A stretch of 64,000 bases of DNA from Candidatus Enterousia sp. (GCA_045617905.1 JAZLJO010000013.1:532-64531), one strand, 5' to 3'. Counted from the first letter of the stretch, positions 1 to 10,312 are shown. Numbers and translations are program-made. The notes: generated by a model not told the origin, from the letters alone.

Positions 1-51
1 GCGGACACAGATGAAACGGGTGGAGTAATATCCGTAATCCGGCCACCGGTG

Positions 52-180
52 TTTTTCCTGTCGTCCCCCCGTTGCAGAACGGGGGCCATTGTCATTATTG
101 GTTATGTCTGCATTGCGGTGGATCATGGCCAAGTATCAGCCACAAAATTTATCAATTTTGCGGGCCCGATTGCCGGGTTC
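52..180 (-). repeat. Bipartite palindromic (REP/RPE-like) element, copy 1
   Basis: Reverse complement shares two hairpins (CCGCAAAATT..AATTTTGTGG and CCCCCGTT-CTGC-AACGGGGG) and flanks with 21081-21217. Confidence 0.75.
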
Positions 181-310
181 ATGGCGATAAACAGGGAACA
201 GGAACCTTTTCTTAAATGTGGTATTGTGGTTGAAAGACACGATAAATGGCCATATAATCGGGTATGTCTGAACGACAAATTTTTATTAAAAAAACGAAAG
301 GAAAAACAAA

Positions 311-526
311 ATGAACGCATTAACAAATTTCATTTTTAAACCATTAACATTTATCGGTGCATTGAATTGGGGATTGGTTGGTATATTTGGTTTTGACTTT
401 GTTGCATGGATATTCGGTGCCGGTACATTGGTCAGCAATATTATATACGCAGTAATCGGTTTGTCTGCATTAATATGGTTGTTGTGGGCCATGGTTACCC
501 AACCGGTTGTAAACAACGATCGATAA
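311..526 (+). CDS. DUF378 family small membrane protein
   Basis: IGALNWGLVGIFGFDFVAWIFG...IIYAVIGLSAL signature. Confidence 0.85.
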   Translation: MNALTNFIFKPLTFIGALNWGLVGIFGFDFVAWIFGAGTLVSNIIYAVIGLSALIWLLWAMVTQPVVNNDR

Positions 527-559
527 ATTTTAATATACGTTATCCTTTATATGAATATG

Positions 560-587
560 AAAACGTCCCAGTGCTGGGACGTTTTTT
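560..587. terminator. Intrinsic terminator, probably bidirectional
   Basis: AAAACGTCCCAG/CTGGGACGTTTT inverted repeat between convergent DUF378 gene and tRNA-Lys. Confidence 0.65.
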
Positions 588-639
588 GAAAAAAATATAC
601 CGGATAAAAATAAAACCACCAAATGGCGGCCTATTTTTC

Positions 640-715
640 TGGTGGGGACACAGGGACTCGAACCCTGGACCCAATGATTAAAAGTCATTTGCTCTACCAA
701 CTGAGCTATGTCCCC
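640..715 (-). tRNA. tRNA-Lys(UUU)
   Basis: GGGGACATAGCTCAGTTGGTAGAGC...CTTTTAA anticodon loop...GGTTCGAGTCC...ACCA, 76 nt. Confidence 0.97.
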
Positions 716-979
716 AGAACGGAACCGGAAATCTGAAACTCTCATTTCATTTCCGTGGTTCGGCGTAAATTTTTACATAAAAAAAATATAAAATCAAGAA
801 AAAATACACGAAAAATGCAATTTAATTAAAAAATGTTGTTTTACATCATGATTTACGTTTTGTGGGCGGTGTTGTGCTGGGGTGAAAATATGCGAAAAAT
901 GCTAAGGAATCTTGAATTTTTAATAAAATATACTATAATTTAAATGTGATTGGTAACGTATAACCACAGGGGGCAAATC

Positions 980-3538
980 ATGGCAGATGTTTCAATGAAA
1001 GATTTTTTACTGCAATATTATATGCAGCATCGCTTTAACAATATGCCACCAGAGGTATTTGCCAAATACCAAGATTACCTGAATGGTAACGACGGTAACG
1101 GCGATTTTGCCGGCAATATGAAATCGTGGCGCGATAAGTTGATGTATATTAATGCCGATGGAAAATACGACAGAAATGAACTGCCCAATGCGTTGATGGC
1201 ACCATGGGTATTGTCGGATGACGAATGGAAAAAGTTATTCAAGGCTTTTCGTGATGCGTTTCGTTCCATGTCGGCATCACGTGATAACTTCAAAGATAAT
1301 AAAGATGCAACGGAATTCCTGAATGAATATTTTGGCGATGCTATAACCCATATCTTTTCAAATGCTGTGGCCGATCCACTCATAGAACCAACGTTGTCAG
1401 ATTTCGCAAATAGACTAAGTGCGAACCCGGGATTGCAATATTTAATCTCTTCTTATTTGGGCGATATATCTTATTCTGATTTTGTGGCCGGTATAAAAAA
1501 CAAGAAATACAATAAAGATACAAAATTTCAAGGCGTGTTGAAAGATGTTGTCGGCTATCTGATATATATGAAAGATCAGAATGCGGCAGGGTATGGAACG
1601 AATGAATATCAACCGTATGCTGCGGTATTTGAAAATTTTGATTTGGATGGAATCCAAAATGGCTTTCACGATGATGTTGATGATAAAAAATTGGATGCGT
1701 TCAAACAAGAGTATAAAAATCTATTAAATGCTGTAACCCGTAAAAAAATAAACGATGTTTTCAAAGATTACGATGGTGGTAAAATCACCGGCCAGATAGA
1801 GGCGGCAAGATCCAAAATTGATTATGATAACAAAGATAGCAAAGATTATGTCCCACCAAAACGTGACGATGAATTGACGCCGTTGCAACAAATGGATCGT
1901 TGGACCGGCGATACCTGGGACAGCATTTTGGGCAAATACCTGGGCACGCATGGAAATCGTGTTTATTTTTCGCCGTCTGCCCGTATGATTGTTGGGGCAA
2001 TTGATGGCGCAAAAATAAAACCAACCGATGGCCTGGACAAGGTTTTATCCACCACCGCCGACATCAAAAAAGGATTACAATATAAATCCCCGACGGCGAA
2101 CGACCATTTCGATTGGTTTACCAAAACTTTGACTGAATTAAAAACAACGATGCCAAAGGCCTTTGCCGGTGCACTGAAAAACGGTACCCAAATGAAGGCC
2201 ATTGTTTCCGAAATGATTGCCAAGGCCGTTCGTGACGGCAAAGTGGACCAGGCCAAAACCGCATTAGAGGTGTTATCGGTTATAAAATATGGATACACCA
2301 CCAGTAATATTATGGACGCAATGCGCAAAGAACCGTTATCTATATTTTCCGATGGCAAATTGTCATGGAACAAGAACGAGGGTATGAAATTCGTCACCAC
2401 CGCATTGGATAAAAGTATCAAGGCCGCATTTATTGGCATTGGATACGGAATAACCATGACGGCAAATGCGTGGCGCCTGAACGGCAGCAAATTTAATGGG
2501 AAAAAGGGTCGGTTAAGGGGTGAACAGGAACGGTGGGACTCGCAAAATTCTGCGGATAAAGCCGCCCTTATCGCGGACAATGCGGCAAAAGATACGGCGG
2601 ACGCCGTCACCCGCGACCCACACGACAAGACATTGGCACGTTTGGCGCGCGCCGGTGTGACCGAGGCCACATTACCCGCCAAAGAGGCCGATGTCGCCCG
2701 CCGGACCCAACGCGCAACAATTCGGCGTCAGCGTTTGGACGCACGCAAGGCTGGAACACGCTATACCAATGCCGATGCCAAGGTGACCACGGTTAATAAT
2801 TTAGATGCTGCATTGGAAGGTTTGACAACTGCAATAGGTGGTTTGAATGCAGAAATAACAAATTTGGATAACGACATAATAGCTCAGGATAATGAAATAG
2901 CAAGACTGGACCAGCAATTGAATGATCCTGCTACATTTGCTGGTATGCCGGATGCAACCGCCAATGCGATGGCGGCGGGTCTTTATCGTGACAAACGGCT
3001 TGCAGAGGCTAAAAAGAAAAGATTAGAAAAGGAACGTACCGATAAACAAACCGAACGTGCCGATAAAACCAACGAATTAACCACAAAAAGTGGTGAGTAC
3101 CAGCGGGAAACCGGCCAACTGTGGCATACTGGAATTAGTGCGACTGGACATGGTGCGAAATATAACGCCGCCCAGGCCGAACTTTCCGCCGTTGGTCGTT
3201 TAGAAACAAATTTGCAACGGTATGAAGATACTACATCACGAAATCAAGAAAAAATAGATCAATTCAAAGAAGCCAAAGGCGTAATTGATGAAATAACCGA
3301 ACGCGCAAATAAACGCAATCAAATGGTTGCTGAATGGGACGACAAACACAAAGATCAATACAAAGAATTGATGGCGTATTGGGATATGCTGGAAAGCGGT
3401 CGCGACAGTCATACCGGTGTTATGTACAAATGGGATCTGTTGCGCAGCAATAAAAACAGCCAGAAAAGTTTTGATCGTGCCAAAACACGCATTATTGAGT
3501 TAAATTTGAATGGGTATCAGTATGCCAAGACTGCATAG
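980..3538 (+). CDS. Large hypothetical protein with long C-terminal coiled coil
   Basis: Long ORF; ATG at 980 after AGGGGG RBS; heptad-rich C-terminal third; terminator downstream. Confidence 0.8.
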   Translation: MADVSMKDFLLQYYMQHRFNNMPPEVFAKYQDYLNGNDGNGDFAGNMKSWRDKLMYINADGKYDRNELPNALMAPWVLSDDEWKKLFKAFRDAFRSMSASRDNFKDNKDATEFLNEYFGDAITHIFSNAVADPLIEPTLSDFANRLSANPGLQYLISSYLGDISYSDFVAGIKNKKYNKDTKFQGVLKDVVGYLIYMKDQNAAGYGTNEYQPYAAVFENFDLDGIQNGFHDDVDDKKLDAFKQEYKNLLNAVTRKKINDVFKDYDGGKITGQIEAARSKIDYDNKDSKDYVPPKRDDELTPLQQMDRWTGDTWDSILGKYLGTHGNRVYFSPSARMIVGAIDGAKIKPTDGLDKVLSTTADIKKGLQYKSPTANDHFDWFTKTLTELKTTMPKAFAGALKNGTQMKAIVSEMIAKAVRDGKVDQAKTALEVLSVIKYGYTTSNIMDAMRKEPLSIFSDGKLSWNKNEGMKFVTTALDKSIKAAFIGIGYGITMTANAWRLNGSKFNGKKGRLRGEQERWDSQNSADKAALIADNAAKDTADAVTRDPHDKTLARLARAGVTEATLPAKEADVARRTQRATIRRQRLDARKAGTRYTNADAKVTTVNNLDAALEGLTTAIGGLNAEITNLDNDIIAQDNEIARLDQQLNDPATFAGMPDATANAMAAGLYRDKRLAEAKKKRLEKERTDKQTERADKTNELTTKSGEYQRETGQLWHTGISATGHGAKYNAAQAELSAVGRLETNLQRYEDTTSRNQEKIDQFKEAKGVIDEITERANKRNQMVAEWDDKHKDQYKELMAYWDMLESGRDSHTGVMYKWDLLRSNKNSQKSFDRAKTRIIELNLNGYQYAKTA

Positions 3539-3560
3539 TAAATTTTGCTGAAAATGTGTG

Positions 3561-3593
3561 CCACCGCCCATAAATGGGCGGTGGTTTGTTTTT
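3561..3593 (+). terminator. Intrinsic terminator
   Basis: CCACCGCCCAT-AA-ATGGGCGGTGG followed by T-rich tract. Confidence 0.75.
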
Positions 3594-3660
3594 ACGGTTG
3601 AAACGTGTTGTATGGTTTGATACCATTTGGGCGTAATTTAAGTAAACAAGGGGAAAATAT

Positions 3661-4899
3661 ATGTACATAATGGCATTAAATTGTGGTTCGTCATCGTTGA
3701 AATATCAAATATTCGATGCGGATACAAAAAAATCAATTATTGGTGGAACGGTTGAAAAAATTGGTTCGGATGATTCATTTATAACACAAAAATACCCAGA
3801 TGGTCAAAAACAACGCAAAGATACCACAATGAAAAATCATGACGAGGCATTAAACGTTGTTTTATTCATGTTGCGTGAAGCGTCAATTGATTTAAATGAA
3901 ATTGTCGGTGTTGGTCATCGTGTTGTTATGGGGGGGGATAAATTTTCATCATCGGTTGAGGTTACAGATGATGTTATTGCAACCATTAATTCATTGGTTC
4001 CGTTGGCACCATTGCATAATCCGGCTGCATTATTGGGGATTAATACCGCAAAACAGGTTTTGCCAAATGCACGTCATGTTGTTGTATTTGATTCTGCATT
4101 TCACCAAACAATGCCGGAAAAATCTTTCCGTTATGCGGTACCAAACGCATGGTATACTGAATTGGGCGTTCGACGTTATGGTTTTCATGGAACCAGCCAC
4201 CTGTATGTATCAAAACGTGCGGCAAAATTGTTGGGTAAACCGGCAAATCAATGTAATATAATTACAATGCATATTGGTTCTGGGGCATCGGCGACCGCAA
4301 TTCGTGGTGGTGTTTCTGTGGATACATCAATGGGAATGACACCAACGGTTGGATTGCCAATGGGAACACGTTGTGGTGATTTGGATGTCAGTGTCGTTAC
4401 ATATGTAATGGAACGTTTGGGATTAAGTGCACAACAAATATTAACACATTTAAATAAAAAATCTGGTTTATTGGGGATTACCGGTAAATACGATGATCGC
4501 CGTGATGTTTTGGCAAATTGTGATACAGATGAAATGTGTCGTCTGGGTGTTGAAATGGAGGTTCAAAATGTAAAAAAATACATTGGTTCATACATGGCGG
4601 AATTGGGACACACAGATGCAATTGTATTTACAGCGGGTGTTGGGGAAAATAATCCGATATTACGTGAACAATTTTGTGCCGGATTGGAAGAACTGGGTAT
4701 AAAATTGGATGCGGAAAAAAATAATTCAGCGGTTGCATTCAAAGGGGCAGGTGAAACAGAAATCAGTGCCACCGACAGCCGGGTTAAGGTATTTATGATA
4801 CCAACAAATGAAGAATTAGTTATTGTAGAAGATACAATTGCAATATTGAACGGAACATATAATCCAAATCATTTGGAAATGGCATATTCATTTGCATAA
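3661..4899 (+). CDS. ackA: Acetate kinase
   Basis: LNCGSSSLKYQ, GHRVV, APLHNP, RRYGFHGTSH, FTAGVGEN, IPTNEEL motifs. Confidence 0.97.
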   Translation: MYIMALNCGSSSLKYQIFDADTKKSIIGGTVEKIGSDDSFITQKYPDGQKQRKDTTMKNHDEALNVVLFMLREASIDLNEIVGVGHRVVMGGDKFSSSVEVTDDVIATINSLVPLAPLHNPAALLGINTAKQVLPNARHVVVFDSAFHQTMPEKSFRYAVPNAWYTELGVRRYGFHGTSHLYVSKRAAKLLGKPANQCNIITMHIGSGASATAIRGGVSVDTSMGMTPTVGLPMGTRCGDLDVSVVTYVMERLGLSAQQILTHLNKKSGLLGITGKYDDRRDVLANCDTDEMCRLGVEMEVQNVKKYIGSYMAELGHTDAIVFTAGVGENNPILREQFCAGLEELGIKLDAEKNNSAVAFKGAGETEISATDSRVKVFMIPTNEELVIVEDTIAILNGTYNPNHLEMAYSFA

Positions 4900-4931
4900 A
4901 AAACACCCCGCCATGCGGGGTATTTTTTTAT
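4896..4931. repeat. 36-bp direct repeat (terminator hairpin), left copy
   Basis: ATAAAAAACACCCCGCCATGCGGGGTATTTTTTTAT, identical to 5953-5988. Confidence 0.9.
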
Positions 4932-5010
4932 AATTTTTTGACATAATAATATTGACAATGTGTTTTTTTGTGTAATACTAAGATCAATAAATTATAAAAT
5001 GGGGATAAAA

Positions 5011-5445
5011 ATGAAAAGTGATGAAAAAATTCTGGGTGTTTTACAGGCGGTAAATCGTTTGGTTGTTTCACAAATTGAAAAATATAATGTTACCCGATCT
5101 GTTCCGCATTTTGATTGTATTGAATATGTTGTTAAAGATGAATTGAACCAGATAGTTGTCACGGTGCGTCATGATAATGATTACGGTGCAACATATATTA
5201 ATATGAAGGATTCTGGAAAAGAAACAAGTGCCGTAATAGATTGGTATTTGGCAGAAAATGGAAAGTATATCGATGAAAAAAATGCATTATTAAAATTAAT
5301 TAATGCCGTTGAAAAACGGTATAATCAGATACAAAAACAAAATAATGATATAGATAATACAGTTAATATGGTAAAAAAATTGAAATTACCAGCCGATAAA
5401 GCAGGCGAAATAATAAAGTTATTGAACAGTCAGCGTATAAGATAA
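5011..5445 (+). CDS. Hypothetical protein, tandem paralog 1 (144 aa)
   Basis: ATG after GGGG RBS; ends nearly identical to next gene. Confidence 0.8.
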   Translation: MKSDEKILGVLQAVNRLVVSQIEKYNVTRSVPHFDCIEYVVKDELNQIVVTVRHDNDYGATYINMKDSGKETSAVIDWYLAENGKYIDEKNALLKLINAVEKRYNQIQKQNNDIDNTVNMVKKLKLPADKAGEIIKLLNSQRIR

Positions 5446-5521
5446 AAAAATGCCCAGTTTTTGGGCGTTTTTTTGGGTGTTATAAATAATTGTATTAATA
5501 AATTATAAAATGGGGATAAAA

Positions 5522-5956
5522 ATGAAAAGTGATGAAAAAATTCTGGGTGTTTTACAGGCGGTAAATCGTGCGGTTGTTTCACAAATTGACCGATATAATG
5601 TTACACGATCTGTCCCGCATCCTGGAGGTGTGGAATATGTTATCAGCGATACGTTAAAAGAAATGGTTGTTAGGATATACCACGAAAGGGATAAAGGTGG
5701 GGCGTCTGTTTATATGGATGAACATGGAAAAAAAACAATTGCCATAATGTATTGGACTAAAAATAAAAAGATTGAAAAACGTATCGGTGAAGATGTGTTT
5801 TACAATTTATTGGATACAGTTGAAAAACGGTGTAATCAGGCACAAAAACAAAATAATGATATAGATAATGTGGTTGATATGGTAAAAAAATTGAAATTAC
5901 CAACCGATAAAGCAAGCGAAATAATAAAGTTGTTGACCAGTCAGCGTATAAGATAA
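5522..5956 (+). CDS. Hypothetical protein, tandem paralog 2 (144 aa)
   Basis: Same length, upstream region and termini as 5011-5445; 511-bp period. Confidence 0.8.
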   Translation: MKSDEKILGVLQAVNRAVVSQIDRYNVTRSVPHPGGVEYVISDTLKEMVVRIYHERDKGGASVYMDEHGKKTIAIMYWTKNKKIEKRIGEDVFYNLLDTVEKRCNQAQKQNNDIDNVVDMVKKLKLPTDKASEIIKLLTSQRIR

Positions 5957-5988
5957 AAAACACCCCGCCATGCGGGGTATTTTTTTAT
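5953..5988. repeat. 36-bp direct repeat (bidirectional terminator), right copy
   Basis: Identical to 4896-4931; contains stop codons of both convergent genes. Confidence 0.9.
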
Positions 5989-6917
5989 TCGTTTGTATTA
6001 TCGTTATCAGTATTGGCACGCGGATGTGCGTGTGAATATATATCCATTATTTCGGACATGTTTACGCGTGTGTATAATTGGGTTGTAGATAACGAAGAAT
6101 GCCCCAATAATTCTTGCAAACTGCGTAAATCGGCACCACCCGCCAATAATGCGGTGGCAAATGTATGCCGTAATGCATGTGGGGTTACGTAATCTGGTAA
6201 TTGTAAATAATGTCTGATATTTTCAATAACTTTTTCCGCCATGCGGGCTGACATTGGTAAACCGCGAATGCTGTAAAATAATGGGGCACATGCATCATGT
6301 GAAAATGGCAGAACCGATAAATATTTATCAATTGCCGTCCAAACAGGTTGTAAAACCGGAATAATGCGTTCTTTGTGGCCTTTGCCGATTATACGTAATG
6401 TGTCGGGGTGATTATTAATATCGCGTTGGGTCAGGGATAATGCCTCTGATATTCGCAGACCACAACCGAAGATTAATGTAACCAATGCCCAATCACGTGC
6501 GGCAATCCACGGATCGTTTTCATCAATATTGCGGATTGCGTCATGCATATTTTCAACATCGCAAACATCTATGGCCTTGGATAATTTACGTGGAACCTTT
6601 GGCGATGTAATCAGACCAATTGCGTCATTTTTTATATTATGATATTTTGCCAAATATTTATAAAAACTGCGCAGGGCGGACATCGCACGTGATGTTGATT
6701 TAGCGGTTAATTCACGATTAACCCGATCCGCCAACCAACCACGAAAACACAATGTGTCTGCACGCGCCATCAAATCAATTGTAACATTTGAACCAATGAA
6801 ATTATTATAAAATTTTATGAAATCGTAAATATCTGTTTCATACGCCACCAGTGTGTTGGCAGAATAATTTTTAACATCTGTTAAATATTTTAAAAATTCG
6901 CCAATAATTTCATTCAT
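5985..6917 (-). CDS. xerC: Tyrosine recombinase XerC/XerD family
   Basis: GLRISE, GKGHKER, PHALRHTFAT, LLGHSSLSTTQLY catalytic motifs, 310 aa. Confidence 0.85.
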   Translation of the reverse strand: MNEIIGEFLKYLTDVKNYSANTLVAYETDIYDFIKFYNNFIGSNVTIDLMARADTLCFRGWLADRVNRELTAKSTSRAMSALRSFYKYLAKYHNIKNDAIGLITSPKVPRKLSKAIDVCDVENMHDAIRNIDENDPWIAARDWALVTLIFGCGLRISEALSLTQRDINNHPDTLRIIGKGHKERIIPVLQPVWTAIDKYLSVLPFSHDACAPLFYSIRGLPMSARMAEKVIENIRHYLQLPDYVTPHALRHTFATALLAGGADLRSLQELLGHSSLSTTQLYTRVNMSEIMDIYSHAHPRANTDNDNTNE

Positions 6918-6921
6918 AAAA

Positions 6922-7665
6922 TTATTTTATTTCAAATGTTGCCGATACCGTAACAGATATTTCCATATCTGTTGAAACAATACTGTCCGATACAATTGCC
7001 GCATCCATTGTTGGGGCGGCTGCCATTGTCATTTTTGAACGTGCCAGAAAATTTGTCGGTACGGGGTGTGCATCTGCATTGGTCCCGTATGATACTGTAA
7101 CTAATTTTCCGGCAATCCGACCATCGCCTGCCGCCAATGCGTTTGCACGCATGCGGGCATTACGGACCGCCGCGGCCAAACAACTGTCTAACACCGGTTG
7201 CATGGCTTGGGGGCTGGTAAACATGTGCAGATTTTCTGTAAATATGTTATCTTGGCCGGCAAAATGTGCCAATATTTTACCAATTGTATCAGAATTATCT
7301 GCGGATATATTAACGGATATTGTTGTTTCAATTCCCAAAATTTCTGATTTTTGTTCTTTGTTATTCCATTGGCTTTTTTCGTATGAATTAAAATCAGCAG
7401 TTTGCATTTTTACATCCATATTACGCAGATATTCTGTAATTTCATTCATACGGGTTGTTGCCCGTGCCATTGATTGGGCTGCGGATTTATCCAATATTGT
7501 AACACGCAATGTAATGGCGGTTCTGTCGCGTGGGGCGGTTGTTGTGCATGTCCCCGTCGTTGATACTGTTCGTATCACATCGTTATTGGTATGCATATTT
7601 GTTTGTGTATAAATAACCACGCATATCCCCAATAGACAACATAATATTGTTAATAATTTTTTCAT
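6922..7665 (-). CDS. SIMPL (DUF541) domain protein
   Basis: N-terminal signal/anchor, RTVSTTG start motif, AAVRNARMRANALA helix, ISVTVSATFEIK end. Confidence 0.75.
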   Translation of the reverse strand: MKKLLTILCCLLGICVVIYTQTNMHTNNDVIRTVSTTGTCTTTAPRDRTAITLRVTILDKSAAQSMARATTRMNEITEYLRNMDVKMQTADFNSYEKSQWNNKEQKSEILGIETTISVNISADNSDTIGKILAHFAGQDNIFTENLHMFTSPQAMQPVLDSCLAAAVRNARMRANALAAGDGRIAGKLVTVSYGTNADAHPVPTNFLARSKMTMAAAPTMDAAIVSDSIVSTDMEISVTVSATFEIK

Positions 7666-7683
7666 AATTGTCCCCATTGTTTA

Positions 7684-8730
7684 TTAATCAAAAAAGTTTA
7701 ATTTCATTGCTGTTTTTACGCGTTTTACTGTGTCTGCGGCAACATTGCGTGCATCAATTGTTCCTTTGTGCAATATTTCCATTACCGCCCCGGCATCACG
7801 TTCAAACATTTCGCGTCTTTCACGGATTGGACGCAACGTTTCTTGTAATACAGCGTTCAAGAATTTTTTTACCTTGACATCACCCAGACCGCCACGTTCA
7901 TAGTGACTTGCCAATTCTGTATAATTTGCATATTCTGGCATAAATGCAGCAAAATGTTCGGGTTTTGCAAATACAGATAAATACATAAATACCGGATTTT
8001 CTGTTGTGTTTCCTGGATCTTCAACACGTATATGTTTTGGATCGGTGAACATTGTTTTTACCTTGGCTGCGATTTCATCTGATGAATCTTTTAAATAAAT
8101 GCAATTGCCCAAAGATTTACTCATTTTTGCATTACCATCGGTTCCGGGTAACCGTGCCGCCACCCCAGATGTTGGGACAATTGCGCGTGGTGTTATTAAT
8201 GTTTGTCCGTAAATGGAATTGAATTTATGAACAATTTCCACCGTTTGTTCAATCATCGGTAATTGATCGTTACCAACCGGTATAACGTTTGCATTAAATG
8301 CGGTTATATCGGCGGCCTGTGATATTGGGTATGTCATAAAACCAACGGGAATACCGGTATTAAATTTTTCTTTTTGTGAAATTTCTGTTTTTACCGTTGG
8401 ATTACGTTGCAGACGTGCAACCGTTACCAAATTCATATAATAAAATGTTAATTCGGTTAATTCTGCAACCGCTGATTGTAAAAACATTGTTGTGCGTGTC
8501 GGATCATATCCGATTGCCAACATATCCAAGGCGACCTGTAATACATTGTCGTGAATTTTGGCCGGATTATCAAAGTTATCGGTTAAACCCTGGGCATCGG
8601 CAATCATACCGTACATTTTGTCATATTTGCCCGTATTTTGAATATCTACATTTGCTTGTAATGCCCCAGATAAATGGCCAATGTGCAATGGGCCGGTTGG
8701 TCGGACGCCGGTTAAAATAATTTCTGACAT
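7684..8730 (-). CDS. trpS: Tryptophanyl-tRNA synthetase
   Basis: TGVRPTGPLHIGH, YPISQAADI, KMSKS. Confidence 0.97.
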   Translation of the reverse strand: MSEIILTGVRPTGPLHIGHLSGALQANVDIQNTGKYDKMYGMIADAQGLTDNFDNPAKIHDNVLQVALDMLAIGYDPTRTTMFLQSAVAELTELTFYYMNLVTVARLQRNPTVKTEISQKEKFNTGIPVGFMTYPISQAADITAFNANVIPVGNDQLPMIEQTVEIVHKFNSIYGQTLITPRAIVPTSGVAARLPGTDGNAKMSKSLGNCIYLKDSSDEIAAKVKTMFTDPKHIRVEDPGNTTENPVFMYLSVFAKPEHFAAFMPEYANYTELASHYERGGLGDVKVKKFLNAVLQETLRPIRERREMFERDAGAVMEILHKGTIDARNVAADTVKRVKTAMKLNFFD

Positions 8731-8911
8731 GATAAAATCTTCCTGTTTTTTATTTGGTTAAATCATAATATGTTTATGTAAAAAATAAAAGTGCAAAATG
8801 TGTGTAAATGAATTTAGATGGCACGTCTGTGCCAGTAATGTGTGTAGATAAAATATAACTTTGATGTCAACATTTTTATTTATTGTAATATTGGTATACA
8901 GCAATGTCAAA

Positions 8912-9760
8912 TCAGCGTTCGTTCGTCCTAATTATATCGGCCAGATTCATAAAACGTGTTATACCGCAATCAATCGCCAATTTTTCTGCCCGTTCAAAAT
9001 GGCGGCCGATTTGGTCTTTGTTATGTGCATCATCGCTGATGATAATCGGAATATTCTTTTGGACGGTCATTTTTAGTATCGCGGGGGATGGATATGGTTC
9101 ATCACAGGTTGACCGATACATGCTGGTATTAATTTCTAGACCAGTTTTTGTTTGGGCGATTGTATCTAAAACATCTGATTGTATTGCATGCCAATATTTT
9201 TCGCCCCCCAATCCCATTTTTTTCGGTAAATCCAGATGCGCCATCCATGTAAACAGACCAGATGCAGCGGCATTTTTAACGTTTTTCCAATATGTCTGTA
9301 TGGCTTTTATTTGGGTGTTTGAATCAAATGTTGCAATGTCGTGCATATTGCATAATGTGCCATTATGATATACAAAATGTGCGGATCCGATTATGTAATC
9401 GGGATGTAAAATTTTAATTGCTGTATCAAATCCATTACGCCATTGTGTGGTGTTGAAAAAATCAACCTCCATCCCACGTAATATTTTTATTTTTGATGTC
9501 TGTTGTAATGTGTCAATTTCATTATAGTGGGCGATAAATTTTTGAATTACCTGATCAAACGATGTGTTGTATATATTTGCAAAATTATACATTTTTGCAT
9601 ATTTATACATGCGTGCCGATTTTATTTCTGGATGCACAATAAAATGATTTGATATCCCGATTGTTTTAAAACCTGCGGATGTGGCGGTTTCAATCATTTC
9701 GGCGACGGAATTTTTGCCATCAAACCCAATCGTATGTGTATGCAGTGTAAAAGATTGCAT
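8912..9760 (-). CDS. PHP-domain phosphoesterase (HisJ/histidinol-phosphatase-like)
   Basis: LHTHT, GISNH, GMEVDF, IGSAH, AHLD, DDAH metal-binding motifs. Confidence 0.85.
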   Translation of the reverse strand: MQSFTLHTHTIGFDGKNSVAEMIETATSAGFKTIGISNHFIVHPEIKSARMYKYAKMYNFANIYNTSFDQVIQKFIAHYNEIDTLQQTSKIKILRGMEVDFFNTTQWRNGFDTAIKILHPDYIIGSAHFVYHNGTLCNMHDIATFDSNTQIKAIQTYWKNVKNAAASGLFTWMAHLDLPKKMGLGGEKYWHAIQSDVLDTIAQTKTGLEINTSMYRSTCDEPYPSPAILKMTVQKNIPIIISDDAHNKDQIGRHFERAEKLAIDCGITRFMNLADIIRTNER

Positions 9761-9772
9761 TTCTTGACCGTT

Positions 9773-10312
9773 TTAGAATTTTACCTGTGGGGCTGTGCGT
9801 TCAGATTCCGTTATTTCAAATAAAGTTTCCTGTTTAATACCAAATAAATTCGCAATAATATTGGATGGAAATTGTTCAATTTGGGTATTTAAACGCATAA
9901 CAACCGTATTATAAAATTGGCGTGCAGACTGAATTTTGTTTTCTGTGTCTGATAATTCATGCTGTAATTCTAAAAAGTTTTCGTTCGCACGCAATGTTGG
10001 ATAATTTTCAACATTTGCAAATAATGTTTTTAACGTTTTGGTTAAATTATTTTCTGCGCTAATGCGTTCTGGGCCTGTGGCATTCATTGCCATGTTGCGG
10101 GCAGATATAACGGCATTCAAAGTTTCTTTTTCATGATTTGCCGCCGCACGAACTGTTTCTAGTAAGTTTGGAATTAAATCATACCTGCGTTTTAATTGCG
10201 TATCGATTGTTGCGGATGCTTCGTGTGATTGGTTACGTAATGCGATTAAATTATTATAAATACAAATAACATATAATGAAATCACGGCGATGATGGCAAT
10301 TGATGTCCACAT
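9773..10312 (-). CDS. lemA: LemA family protein
   Basis: YNNLI, QLKRRYDLIPNL, ENYPTLRANENF, FPSNIIA. Confidence 0.93.
   Translation of the reverse strand: MWTSIAIIAVISLYVICIYNNLIALRNQSHEASATIDTQLKRRYDLIPNLLETVRAAANHEKETLNAVISARNMAMNATGPERISAENNLTKTLKTLFANVENYPTLRANENFLELQHELSDTENKIQSARQFYNTVVMRLNTQIEQFPSNIIANLFGIKQETLFEITESERTAPQVKF

Noticed and set aside
5011-5956. DGR template/variable repeat pair
   Set aside because: Differences are not adenine-specific, both copies are full genes, and no reverse transcriptase is in the window
4896-6917. Integron (tyrosine recombinase plus cassettes)
   Set aside because: Recombinase looks like ordinary XerC without the IntI insertion; the repeats are terminator hairpins lacking attC RYYYAAC/GTTRRRY ends
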